Source of the DNA: a virus
Lineage: Duplodnaviria > Caudoviricetes
Virus record (IMG/VR): IMGVR_UViG_3300037400_005963
Coordinates: 92,521 to 156,520 of that record
DNA: 64,000 bases
Strand: one strand, 5' to 3'
A program made the translations under genes and the position numbers. Shown here piece by piece: positions 19,808 through 29,113 of the stretch. Numbering within the stretch: position 1 is the stretch's first letter; each line of letters begins with the position of its first letter. A model generated the notes under the pieces. The model was given only the letters and a program-made list of their open reading frames with translations. It was not told the DNA's origin and ran no database searches.

Positions 19808-20055
19808 TTGATAGTTATATAAAAATTTATCAATGCATTATCCGTTAGAACTACCGTTAATGTTTCTCTAAATACTTCATATCCAGTGGAGTCGCATAAT
19901 TGTTTTTTATAGCCAACTAGATCTAGAAAGTTATCTAAATCTTCTTGAAGATAAAAAGTAATTGATAAGGCTCCATTAGATATCGCGTAAGTAACAAAAA
20001 CGGAATAGGGATATATCTCGTGTTTTTCTAGATACTCAATAACATCTTCTACCAT
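19804..20055 (-). CDS. Hypothetical protein
   Basis: 83 aa, coupled. Confidence 0.6.
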   Translation of the reverse strand: MVEDVIEYLEKHEIYPYSVFVTYAISNGALSITFYLQEDLDNFLDLVGYKKQLCDSTGYEVFRETLTVVLTDNALINFYITIK

Positions 20056-20474
20056 TCTATTTCTTTTATTTTATTAATTAATAAGCCAGAAGAATTCAAA
20101 ATGTCTCGTAATACTGACCTATGACAGATTTCACTGTTACTTCCATAACCTAGTAACACTACCGCCTTAGCATTACATATATTTCTTAAATTTTCTAGTC
20201 GTTTTATTATTGACTCTGATGTAATGTGTTTAATCTCTTCTCTGTACTTCTCTTTGAACTCCTCAATATTTATTTTTTGATCCCTTTTTGCTTGGTAGAG
20301 TTCATTACTGGGGGATAGGTCTCTTAAGTGAATAACACTATCACTATATCCCCCAATTAGTTCGGAGTTTCTAATGTTTCTAAGAACGAAAGTAGGAAGA
20401 ATTTCATTTTGTTTAAACATCTTCATGGTTAGCGGCGACACAAAAGATGTATAAATTAATAGATTGCTGCTCAT
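20049..20474 (-). CDS. DUF488-like protein
   Basis: IYTS, LSPSNEL, VVLLGY, CHRSVL. Confidence 0.7.
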   Translation of the reverse strand: MSSNLLIYTSFVSPLTMKMFKQNEILPTFVLRNIRNSELIGGYSDSVIHLRDLSPSNELYQAKRDQKINIEEFKEKYREEIKHITSESIIKRLENLRNICNAKAVVLLGYGSNSEICHRSVLRDILNSSGLLINKIKEIEW

Positions 20475-20879
20475 TTAAAAATTATTTCCTCCAAATTTCC
20501 TATACGCGGATCTAAATCCCGTAGCACTAGCTAATCCACTACTCGGCTTCTTTTTCTTTTCTCCACCCTGTTGCTGTCCGTTTCCCGAACCATTAAACCT
20601 TTGTGAAGATACCTGAAAACCACTAGGAGCCTGATTGAGTCTTTTTACCAGCTTAAGATTTCCCTCTATTATTCCTTTCATGGTGTATGAATCGATGTGA
20701 TATGATATATTCGGACTTTTAAGAATGTCCTCCTGAATCATTCCGGAATCTAAGAGAAATTTATTTAAAATACAGAGAGCCTCAGTTAAATTAGCAGAAA
20801 CCATTAAGGAATCTGAACTGGGCTCGTATATTTTAAAGTACTGTTTTTGTGGATCGAAGTTTATTACAATTTCTATCAT
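20475..20879 (-). CDS. Hypothetical protein with low-complexity basic tail
   Basis: 134 aa. Confidence 0.65.
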   Translation of the reverse strand: MIEIVINFDPQKQYFKIYEPSSDSLMVSANLTEALCILNKFLLDSGMIQEDILKSPNISYHIDSYTMKGIIEGNLKLVKRLNQAPSGFQVSSQRFNGSGNGQQQGGEKKKKPSSGLASATGFRSAYRKFGGNNF

Positions 20880-21235
20880 CTCCTGCCACCAACGGGACCT
20901 TGGCCTGGATTACCGTGTCCTCCTCCATGACTTGGGGGAGGAGTTGAAGGTCTTACCCCATGATTCCCTCCGTGTGATGGAGGTGGGGGAGTAATTCCAC
21001 CGGGTCTGCCTGGACGACCTGGGTTATGTGGCCTTCCGGGGGGAGGTGGTGGTGTAGGTCTATAGTGTCTGTGATAATAGTAATAGGGTCTAATTGGGTG
21101 GTAGTATCTATATCCGCCTAAATAAATAGTAGTTTGTGGAACTGGATCTACAACATCAACGTATAGTTCATCACTACAACCACAGAATAGGATTCCTACA
21201 AAAAGAATCGCTAATGTAATCATTAACTTTTTCAT
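20876..21235 (-). CDS. Proline/glycine-rich lipoprotein
   Basis: Likely start MKKLMITL (21235), lipobox-like FCGC, two PPPSHGG repeats. Confidence 0.65.
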   Translation of the reverse strand: MKKLMITLAILFVGILFCGCSDELYVDVVDPVPQTTIYLGGYRYYHPIRPYYYYHRHYRPTPPPPPGRPHNPGRPGRPGGITPPPPSHGGNHGVRPSTPPPSHGGGHGNPGQGPVGGRR

Positions 21236-21687
21236 AACATTATTAAAATTCCTATGATTATTCCTAATATCCCACCAGCACCGCCAGCAAACCAAGCTTT
21301 CTTTTTTGCTTTTTTATTTTCGGTTGCTAACTTATCATTCTGATTAGATAAGTTAACATTTTCTGTAGCTAATTGGGTAGCTTGTTCGATGTAGTAGGCC
21401 TCTTTTTTCTTTTCTCTCTCTTCTTGTGCTACTATAATAGAATCTTTTAGACAAAGCCTAGTTGAATCTATTTTAGCAGCTTCCCTTAGAAGACCATTCT
21501 CCTTCTTGGTCCATTCAAATTCTTCAATAATTCCATTAATGGTTGATAAATTTTTTGGAGTAATTTGAACTAATGTATCTCCATTTATGACAACCTTTTC
21601 CTGCGCATTCCCCAGAAAAGTAAAAGAAAAGAGGAATACGACAAAGATAAATATTTTCTTACTCTTCATCTTCATACTTATCTTCAT
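21232..21687 (-). CDS. Secreted coiled-coil protein with C-terminal TM (spanin-like)
   Basis: Signal peptide, coiled coil, C-terminal GGILGIIIGILIML. Confidence 0.5.
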   Translation of the reverse strand: MKISMKMKSKKIFIFVVFLFSFTFLGNAQEKVVINGDTLVQITPKNLSTINGIIEEFEWTKKENGLLREAAKIDSTRLCLKDSIIVAQEEREKKKEAYYIEQATQLATENVNLSNQNDKLATENKKAKKKAWFAGGAGGILGIIIGILIML

Positions 21688-22000
21688 ATTCTTCTAGTTT
21701 ATTTCTTAAATATATTATACCACTATCAAGAGGCAATTTTTTAATACTATCTGCCTTGATATATTTTATCTTGGTTATAACTTTAATGTTATCTCTTACT
21801 TTTTCCGCTTTTCCTTTCTCTTTTATTTCAGTCTTCCATAAAGTATCTATTTTATTTTGCTCTTTAATATAGACTGTATCTGGAACTACTACAGGCGGAA
21901 TAGAAATCGGTTTTGACCGATTGAAGACATATTTATCCATTAATACGCCTAGGCCAAAACCGATTAGTAATATAATAATTATACTAAGAATCTTTTTCAT
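21659..22000 (-). CDS. N-terminally anchored membrane protein (spanin-like)
   Basis: MKKILSIIIILLIGFGLG, DTVYI, DTLW, DSI motifs. Confidence 0.5.
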   Translation of the reverse strand: MKKILSIIIILLIGFGLGVLMDKYVFNRSKPISIPPVVVPDTVYIKEQNKIDTLWKTEIKEKGKAEKVRDNIKVITKIKYIKADSIKKLPLDSGIIYLRNKLEEYEDKYEDEE

Positions 22001-22553
22001 TTACTAAAATTCCGATCCGATATTCTGTATCGGATTCTTTCTTATAGTTTACTTTGAGATGATATATCTTAAAATCATCTCCCAAATCCTGGATGGCATG
22101 AATATCCCAGCCCTCTGTGGAATCTAGCTGACTTTTAAGATACATTAATCGTCTAAGTCGTTTTCCCAAGATGTTCATTTCTGCTGCATTAGCTGATAAG
22201 AGTTGTTCGTTTAGTTTTTTAATCAACTCCTCCGTTTCTTCTAAATTCAACAGCTTCTCTTGAGTTTCGCCGATTCCATATTGAGTGGGTGTTTCACTAG
22301 TAACGGTATTAATGAAAATACCGTCTCTTTTCTCACTCTTTATTTCAACCAGCTTCGCGGTGTATTTATCACAGACGTTTATTGCATTTGTTATATTATT
22401 TAGCTGATCTAGCGAAGTTGTCATACCAAGACTGACAAATACTCCAGTTGGCTGAACAAACTCCTCTCCATCTAAACTGTTAATATAAAATGTCTTAAAC
22501 TTCGATTGATAAAACATACTAACTAGTTCATATACTTTTTCTCTACTTACCAT
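21984..22553 (-). CDS. Hypothetical protein
   Basis: 189 aa, coupled to the VWA gene. Confidence 0.65.
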   Translation of the reverse strand: MVSREKVYELVSMFYQSKFKTFYINSLDGEEFVQPTGVFVSLGMTTSLDQLNNITNAINVCDKYTAKLVEIKSEKRDGIFINTVTSETPTQYGIGETQEKLLNLEETEELIKKLNEQLLSANAAEMNILGKRLRRLMYLKSQLDSTEGWDIHAIQDLGDDFKIYHLKVNYKKESDTEYRIGILVNEKDS

Positions 22554-24316
22554 GATGAATAACTGTTATTGAAATTTTTCACAACTATATTTTTGAACTT
22601 TTGATTATAGTTGCTTCTTCCGTAGTTAAATCCCCAGAGAGAATAATCTCCCATGGATTTTTCTTCCTCTGCCCACTCTTGCAAGTAGTCTTCAAAGTCA
22701 GACACAATTACGAGAGTTGCACTATTATCGTAGTGTTCTTTAAAATATTTTATACCTCTAGCTAACCTAGTTCCTCCACCTACATGGATTCTTGGAATCG
22801 AATTTTTTGGGTCAATATCTTTAATATGCTCTCCCAGACCTGTATTCCAAGAGATAATATCGTATTTTAATCCACGACCGGTTCCACATTTTCTCATCTT
22901 CTTAGCGATAGTATTTAGAATTCTATCAACTAAGCGAGTATCCATAGAGCCTGAGATGTCAATTAAATATACAATCTTAGGATCGTAGACCATAGTTACT
23001 TGACTACTCATCGACGGCGCAATTACTTTTCGATTTATTCCACGATTATAATTCTTCATTACATCACGGACGATCTCTCGCTTAACTACTTTATTCTTGT
23101 AGTTTCTAATTACTTCATCGATCGCTTCGTCAACTGGATCTAGAGTTTTGTTAACCTCCCTTAAGAAATCTCCGCCAGGACCATTTCCACAACCTGTTCC
23201 TCCACAGGCAGTAATTTGACCTAAGGATCTTTTCACGTCGGTTGAATCTCTTTCCTCAGTTCCATGATCTATTCTTCTTCCCTGTCGCTGAAGATCTTTT
23301 AATTCAGATGATCCAGCTTTTCCACCAGAGTTAGAATCGTCATGTTTTCCTAAAGAGTCAATGATCTCATCAAAACTAGGATCTTTTCCCTTTCCGTCCT
23401 TGTCCTGACCTTGTCCCTTGCCGGGTTGTTTCTCTGTCATTCCCAATTGCTGGAGAAGTTCATCTAATCCCGTAGAAGCATTACCATTTCCGAGTTGCTC
23501 CAACATATTCTTCACATCCTCGGAAGAAATATTCTGAGTATCACCACTACCTCCCATCTTAATGCTAACCAGCATTTTAACGAATTGATCTAGATTTTTA
23601 ATTATCATAATCAAATATTCTGGGTAAGATAGTTCATCGGAGAAAGGAGATCCATCTGGATGATGATAGCGATTTGGTAATATAAGTTTGATTTTAGACT
23701 CTTCCTTCATTTGGTTGAGTTTATCTTCAATTGCTTTTTTTAATACCTCTTCCTCTACTTTATCTTTTAATTCCTCAAGGATTTCCGTTCCAGTGTCTGG
23801 CAAGATACTAGTAAGTTCTGCCTCCATCTCTTCAATATCTTCGTTGCTAAGAATCTTGGTGTTTACTTCCATATCCATAGCAATATTATGAAGACTATGA
23901 TTTAAGATAGGATCATCGATTACTTTTTCGATTAATTTTTCAGCGAAATCAATTCCACAGTTTTTATTGATCTGATCTATTAATTCGCCTCGGTATAGCT
24001 TGAATACATTACATATTCTTCTATCAAGTTCCTCATGTAAACCATCTAGGTGACCTAAGTAGATATGCCCTAATTCGTGAAGTTTTATCCTGTAATCTGT
24101 ATGCTCCAATCCAGTTGTATTGCATACCACATTATAGACAATCAGTTCACGACCGGAATCGATATCAATTGTTTTAAATCGATATGAATAACCTAAGTCC
24201 GGTTTCTGAGGAGAGAACTTTCCATCAGTCTTCACTCGCAACGAGTTTCCAAATCTGTTATAAGCACTCGTTACGAAATTTTCAACTATTTCCAGTTCTG
24301 AATATTTTCTTTTCAT
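22547..24316 (-). CDS. Metallopeptidase-VWA domain protein (DUF2201-like)
   Basis: HELGH, NIAMDMEVN, G/K-rich linker, MIDAS LIDISGSM, GGGT, VSDFE. Confidence 0.85.
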   Translation of the reverse strand: MKRKYSELEIVENFVTSAYNRFGNSLRVKTDGKFSPQKPDLGYSYRFKTIDIDSGRELIVYNVVCNTTGLEHTDYRIKLHELGHIYLGHLDGLHEELDRRICNVFKLYRGELIDQINKNCGIDFAEKLIEKVIDDPILNHSLHNIAMDMEVNTKILSNEDIEEMEAELTSILPDTGTEILEELKDKVEEEVLKKAIEDKLNQMKEESKIKLILPNRYHHPDGSPFSDELSYPEYLIMIIKNLDQFVKMLVSIKMGGSGDTQNISSEDVKNMLEQLGNGNASTGLDELLQQLGMTEKQPGKGQGQDKDGKGKDPSFDEIIDSLGKHDDSNSGGKAGSSELKDLQRQGRRIDHGTEERDSTDVKRSLGQITACGGTGCGNGPGGDFLREVNKTLDPVDEAIDEVIRNYKNKVVKREIVRDVMKNYNRGINRKVIAPSMSSQVTMVYDPKIVYLIDISGSMDTRLVDRILNTIAKKMRKCGTGRGLKYDIISWNTGLGEHIKDIDPKNSIPRIHVGGGTRLARGIKYFKEHYDNSATLVIVSDFEDYLQEWAEEEKSMGDYSLWGFNYGRSNYNQKFKNIVVKNFNNSYSSW

Positions 24317-24318
24317 CT

Positions 24319-25839
24319 TTAGAATGATTTAATCTCAGCTGTCGATTCAACAAGAGCGGCCTGAGTTTTCATCAGTAATCTCTTAATAGTCTTTATCTTA
24401 AATAAAACTTTTCTGAGCTTTATATGGGTATTAGTAACAGAATCTTTGGCAGTTCTATCATAACCACGCTTTGGATCATTAACGAGACTATCTACTTCTG
24501 TTGCTAATGTTGCAATTAAATTCCAGTAAACGACATCACCTGCATATTGTTCTACAGTAACTGGACAAACTGATTCAGCTGATGCATCTGGATTAACTTT
24601 GTACTTAGAGATTCTCTGAGAAGATTTAATTAAGCAACCGTTAATTTTGCTTACTAAATCAGAATCAATAGGTCTCTCTATACTCTTTAATTCACCATCT
24701 GATTTAAGCTCGTTTAATTTATTGATGACTGCATTAAGAACTGGTGCTTCTAATACGGTAGAATCACTTACAATATTATCCTTGAAGAAATTCTCGTACT
24801 CGGGAAGTTTATTATTATTCATTTTCTCAATGTCTCCAATCACCTCAGCCATAGAATCATAGTAATCCTTAGCTACTCTAGATTTCTTTACTTCACCGTT
24901 ATCGTCTCTACTAAGTGCTAGTCCAACAAGACCATTAACCATGTTCAAGTAGTTCTTAGAAATGATTCCATCTTTTCCGAAACAGATGAATGAAGCAACA
25001 GTAACGTCACGTAAATAGTTCAGAGTACGATATGTAATGAATCCGGGTAAGGTTTCATCACCATCCAAGTCTGAGTATATATTAGACAATTCAGTAACTT
25101 TTGGATTGAATACTTTATCACCAGATGTCATAAGTTGTTCCGTTACTAACTTAATCTGTCTTTCGATATATTCTCCGATTTTATCTACGTTCTCCTTAGT
25201 ATATTCCTTTTCCTGTTCGTCCATTTCCTTCATGGCCTTTATCAAAGTATCTTTCAGGTCCTTTCTATTTCCACTAATAGAACCAGTATACTTGCAAAGG
25301 AACATGTCTAAGTCATTCTTTTCAGGCACAATGTTATAAATACAAAATCTATTCATCAATGGTGGAAGCATTATCATTGAATTGCTCAGGTTATTAGCAT
25401 AGTTACCCGCTGATACAATCAATGTGCTCTCTGGTAATCTTTCTCGACCTACCATTCTCTCAAACACCAGATGAAGAAGTGCTGCCTGAACGTAGTCATT
25501 CGCAGTTGTAATCTCATCCAAGAACAAAAGACTCTTCTTTCCCTTTGCGTCATTATCCAAGATATCCTGGAACCAATCTGGACGTAATCTAATTGTAGAT
25601 CTATCGACTGATGTATCCGTTGGTGCAATTGGATAACCGAGAATACTTTCGGGACTCTCAGAGTTACCTCTTACCAAGATCAATTCATATCCTCTTACCT
25701 CAGAGAATAATTCAACTGTCTTAGTCTTACCAATACCTGGATTACCTACTAACATAAAGGGACATTCATCCTTTACTTTCTCTGCCACTTTCAACGCGGC
25801 AAAAATTTGCATGTTAATTGAATTGTTCAAATTTGCCAT
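24319..25839 (-). CDS. MoxR/dynein-related AAA+ ATPase
   Basis: Walker A GNPGIGKT, Walker B LFLDE, VQAALL, SAGN, PPLMNRF. Confidence 0.88.
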   Translation of the reverse strand: MANLNNSINMQIFAALKVAEKVKDECPFMLVGNPGIGKTKTVELFSEVRGYELILVRGNSESPESILGYPIAPTDTSVDRSTIRLRPDWFQDILDNDAKGKKSLLFLDEITTANDYVQAALLHLVFERMVGRERLPESTLIVSAGNYANNLSNSMIMLPPLMNRFCIYNIVPEKNDLDMFLCKYTGSISGNRKDLKDTLIKAMKEMDEQEKEYTKENVDKIGEYIERQIKLVTEQLMTSGDKVFNPKVTELSNIYSDLDGDETLPGFITYRTLNYLRDVTVASFICFGKDGIISKNYLNMVNGLVGLALSRDDNGEVKKSRVAKDYYDSMAEVIGDIEKMNNNKLPEYENFFKDNIVSDSTVLEAPVLNAVINKLNELKSDGELKSIERPIDSDLVSKINGCLIKSSQRISKYKVNPDASAESVCPVTVEQYAGDVVYWNLIATLATEVDSLVNDPKRGYDRTAKDSVTNTHIKLRKVLFKIKTIKRLLMKTQAALVESTAEIKSF

Positions 25840-25911
25840 TTTTCTTTAATTAAATTTTAAACATTATCAACTATAAGATTTTAAGGGGGATTAGAAATTA
25901 CTTTTAAATAT

Positions 25912-26044
25912 TTAAAAAAGTCGGAGATTTAGCTAAGAGTAGTTCAAGAATAAATAATTATTCAAGTGCACCTAACCACTCTTAACGTATCTCCTAGATA
26001 TTCTAAAAATGAATATCGAATCCGCACTATAGCGAAATTCCTCA
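25912..26044 (-). ncRNA. Candidate structured small RNA (long imperfect hairpin)
   Basis: - strand promoter motif at ~26044-26055; hairpin GGAGAT..TAAGAGTGGTT..AACTACTCTTAG..ATCTCC (25923-25994) followed by a U-run. Confidence 0.4.
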
Positions 26045-26170
26045 CATATAAGGAAACATTCAACCATTTAGAGGTGAATTGTGGATTTGAAATGGAAGAA
26101 AATCAGATAAAGTCCTATGTATCACCTTATTAGTAATAATATATAATTTCAAAACACAATAATATAAATA

Positions 26171-26935
26171 ATGAAGGAAGATGAGTTAAAAAAAGATGGC
26201 GCTACTATTTATTGTATAATACAGCTAGCCTTTATTAATAATGTATTTCCAGACCTTTTTCATGAACTACAGAAAATTTCAGATAAAACTGAAGATTTAG
26301 ATAAGAGTGTAGATCAAGTAGATGAGATGACTAATTCTGCTATGTCTGAAGTTTGTTTAGTAATGAAGTGGGGGAAAACCTTTTGTTTTTATGGTAGTAA
26401 GGGAAAAGCCGGAAGAACGAAAGCTTATGATACAAATTGTGGTGATTATAAGCCTGCTGCAGTTTTTAGCAGTTTAGATTCTAGAATAGAAGGAAAAATT
26501 CATAAAATATTAAGCGAACATCAACGTTCTGGTATTTTATACGGGAAAGGAATGATATTAGGAGAAAAAGTTGAATTTTACAATGTAAACAAAAGTCTTT
26601 GGAGATTTTTGATTTATTTGATTAGAATATATAATAAAGGGAAAGGAAGAAAAGACTTAATGTCGTTCATTGACAATGTTTATAATGTATACGAAGCTTT
26701 TTCATATGAACCGGGAATAAAATTAAGTCTAGATTGTGCAGGAATTAAACTATCCAGCATTAGCGATGAATGTCTAAACGGTTGTATTAATATTAGAAAG
26801 AGAGCTCTTAAGATTATTGAAAAAATTCCAGGAGTAATGTCAAAGGTAGAAAATTGTATCAAAGAAGAAATTAAACTATGCGATGAAGAATCAAATAGGA
26901 GACAGATAAATAAACAAAAGGAGATTACTGATTAA
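26171..26935 (+). CDS. Hypothetical protein, possible T5orf172/GIY-YIG-like domain
   Basis: GRTKAYDTN, IEGKIHKIL, EFYNV resemble the T5orf172 pattern. Confidence 0.45.
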   Translation: MKEDELKKDGATIYCIIQLAFINNVFPDLFHELQKISDKTEDLDKSVDQVDEMTNSAMSEVCLVMKWGKTFCFYGSKGKAGRTKAYDTNCGDYKPAAVFSSLDSRIEGKIHKILSEHQRSGILYGKGMILGEKVEFYNVNKSLWRFLIYLIRIYNKGKGRKDLMSFIDNVYNVYEAFSYEPGIKLSLDCAGIKLSSISDECLNGCINIRKRALKIIEKIPGVMSKVENCIKEEIKLCDEESNRRQINKQKEITD

Positions 26936-26951
26936 AGTAATCTCTTTTTCT

Positions 26952-27074
26952 TTAAATCCTTCGCCTAGTGAAGTAGTTCTCAACTGGTAATACTAGTATT
27001 CGATATAGTATTACAACTATTATAAAGATCGGAACTAATATCATTAATAGAAGTATAATCGGTACTTTCTTCAT
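26952..27074 (-). CDS. Small membrane peptide (40 aa)
   Basis: MKKVPIILLLMILVPIFIIVVILYRILVLP..., ATGA-coupled to 27071-27316. Confidence 0.5.
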   Translation of the reverse strand: MKKVPIILLLMILVPIFIIVVILYRILVLPVENYFTRRRI

Positions 27075-27316
27075 ATTCCTTCATTAGTATCGCCTAAGCA
27101 ATAACTCTTTTCTTGTTTATTAAGTTCTCTTAAGATTTTAATAGAATCTAATCGATCTTGCTGTTTTCTTCGAAATTCCCTATATTCTTGTATTCCGATA
27201 GTTTTTTCAATAGTGTCATTATTACATTCAGTAATAGCACAATTGGTCTCGCGTTGTTCACAGTTGCAAGAAATGCAAATCAATAATAAAATAGTAAAAA
27301 TAATTGTCTTTTTCAT
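27071..27316 (-). CDS. Small putative lipoprotein
   Basis: MKKTIIFTILLLICISC signal/lipobox. Confidence 0.6.
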   Translation of the reverse strand: MKKTIIFTILLLICISCNCEQRETNCAITECNNDTIEKTIGIQEYREFRRKQQDRLDSIKILRELNKQEKSYCLGDTNEGI

Positions 27317-27411
27317 GTCTTTAAATTTTTGTTATCTTATTTATATATATAAGGGGATATCGGGCTAAATTATTTTTCCGTCCATATTTAACATAATACC
27401 CTTATATATAG

Positions 27412-28000
27412 ATAGATAAGTATATTAATATTTATCTGATCCACGTATCTGAAACGAATGATACTAACTTATATAAGCATACTAAAGGTGACTTGCGGGA
27501 ACTTATATAAGGACAGCTGATTAAGGTGGAAATCAGGTTCGTTTGGGCGAACAGAAAATAGGCAAGTGCGTATAAAGAATTTAGTTATGGAGAATTATAC
27601 GTATAGGCCCAAAGCGTTAAAGGTTATGGAGACAAATTATTAGAGGCCCAGAATGCAACTAAACAATTATATTTATATATGTTGCATAGGGCTTTATATA
27701 AAAATAAATAAATAAAAATAAACAGTTAAATTCGGAGAGAATTTAACATCGGCAATATGCGAAGAGGTGAAGAACTTCTTAGTGCAGTGCCAAAACCGAA
27801 GTAACTTAGATATCTAGGTGAACTTTGAAATGAGATTGATGAATTAACTGTATTATTCACTTTCTCAGAGTAGGAGGTCGGCGATATTTAGGGAGAAGAA
27901 ATACAGCTTCTTATTATAGGAGAGTCTATATAGATCGAAGAGATACTTGCGAGGCCTATAATTAAATATCACAAATCCCAAGGAGAGAAACCTTAGGTAA
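27412..28000 (+). ncRNA. Candidate large structured non-coding RNA (~580 nt)
   Basis: No ORF of 60 aa or more; promoter motif at 27399; many hairpins and long-range complementarity (TATAGGCC 27602 / GGCCTATA 27953). Confidence 0.55.
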
Positions 28001-28042
28001 TATAAACTTTTATGAGACAATAACAAAAAAAAAACAATAACT

Positions 28043-28219
28043 ATGAAAAATTTTAAACTTTACCAAGCGATTTGCTTGGTGCTGATGGCGGTATTTTATA
28101 TTGCCGCAGTGTGGTCACATAATGAAGTGGCTACAAATATTGATTTAGCCCTTTTCGGGGCTTCATTCGCAGGCGTAATTACCTGCCAAATCCTCAAATA
28201 TAAAAAGAGGATTTCTTAA
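28043..28219 (+). CDS. Small two-TM membrane protein (58 aa)
   Basis: MKNFKLYQAICLVLMAVFYIAAVWSHNEVATNIDLALFGASFAGVITCQILKYKKRIS; A-rich leader. Confidence 0.6.
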   Translation: MKNFKLYQAICLVLMAVFYIAAVWSHNEVATNIDLALFGASFAGVITCQILKYKKRIS

Positions 28220-28455
28220 AAAAAACAACGGGTCTCCATACGTAAGTGTGGGGCCCGTATCTTAACAACCTTTATAACACGTAACCTAAGAGGAATAAAA
28301 TAACTTTTAGAACACAGGATTACCGGAGAGCGCTGCTCAAGACCGGTGCTCCCGCCCGTGTGAAGATATTGATACATTTACTGTATCTTTATTTTTTCAG
28401 TTTTCTAAGTACTTACTCCCTTATAATTGTAGAATTATAAAAATAATAATATATA

Positions 28456-28824
28456 ATGAAAAGAAATAAGTTAGATAATTTAATTGCGAAGTTGGTGAAA
28501 GAATTAGAGGCTTCGGAAGAATATCAAGATTTCAAAGAAGAAGTTTATGATACTTTGAAAAAAACGGTGGAAGAATATAGGGAAGGATCAAACGATACAA
28601 TTGAGGAGATGTATGAAGAAATCTCATATCCGCCAATAGAAAGTATAAATTCATATGCTCAATCACTTACGGGTTTACTAGTTAAAGAAAATATATTAGA
28701 CCCAAATAAACTAACAGATGAAGATAGAATGTATATTTCAGATCAGATTGCTTTATATTGGATAGAGGTAAGAAAAGAAATGTGCAAAAAAATCTTGGGA
28801 ATAAAAAAGAAAGGTGGAAATTAA
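28456..28824 (+). CDS. Hypothetical protein
   Basis: 122 aa; promoter motif at 28418. Confidence 0.65.
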   Translation: MKRNKLDNLIAKLVKELEASEEYQDFKEEVYDTLKKTVEEYREGSNDTIEEMYEEISYPPIESINSYAQSLTGLLVKENILDPNKLTDEDRMYISDQIALYWIEVRKEMCKKILGIKKKGGN

Positions 28825-28838
28825 TTCCACCCTTATTT

Positions 28839-29033
28839 TTACTTTTTCTTTTTTACTTTATTTATGTCTTTAATTAACTTATCATTAAGCGTATTCATTG
28901 CTTTGTAAAGTTTATCCCAAGATTTCTCATATTTAGTTCCTCGAAGATGCATACCTCCATGAATCATTTCATTTCCGCCCCTCATTATATGTTTCTGGGC
29001 AGATCTCAATTCTTGTTCATTTAACTCAATCAT
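28839..29033 (-). CDS. Small hypothetical protein
   Basis: Likely start MIELNEQ within the 28839-29090 ORF. Confidence 0.55.
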   Translation of the reverse strand: MIELNEQELRSAQKHIMRGGNEMIHGGMHLRGTKYEKSWDKLYKAMNTLNDKLIKDINKVKKKK

Positions 29034-29113
29034 ACTATAAATAAAGTAATAAATAAAGTTTATAAAAATAGAGAGTACAATATTTAGCATATTAGTACTC
29101 CCATTTAATTAAT

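Noticed and set aside
27412-28000. tRNA cluster, tmRNA or group I/II intron
   Set aside because: I could not find cloverleafs with T-loop consensus, ordered P/Q/R/S elements, a domain V motif or flanking exons; class left unassigned
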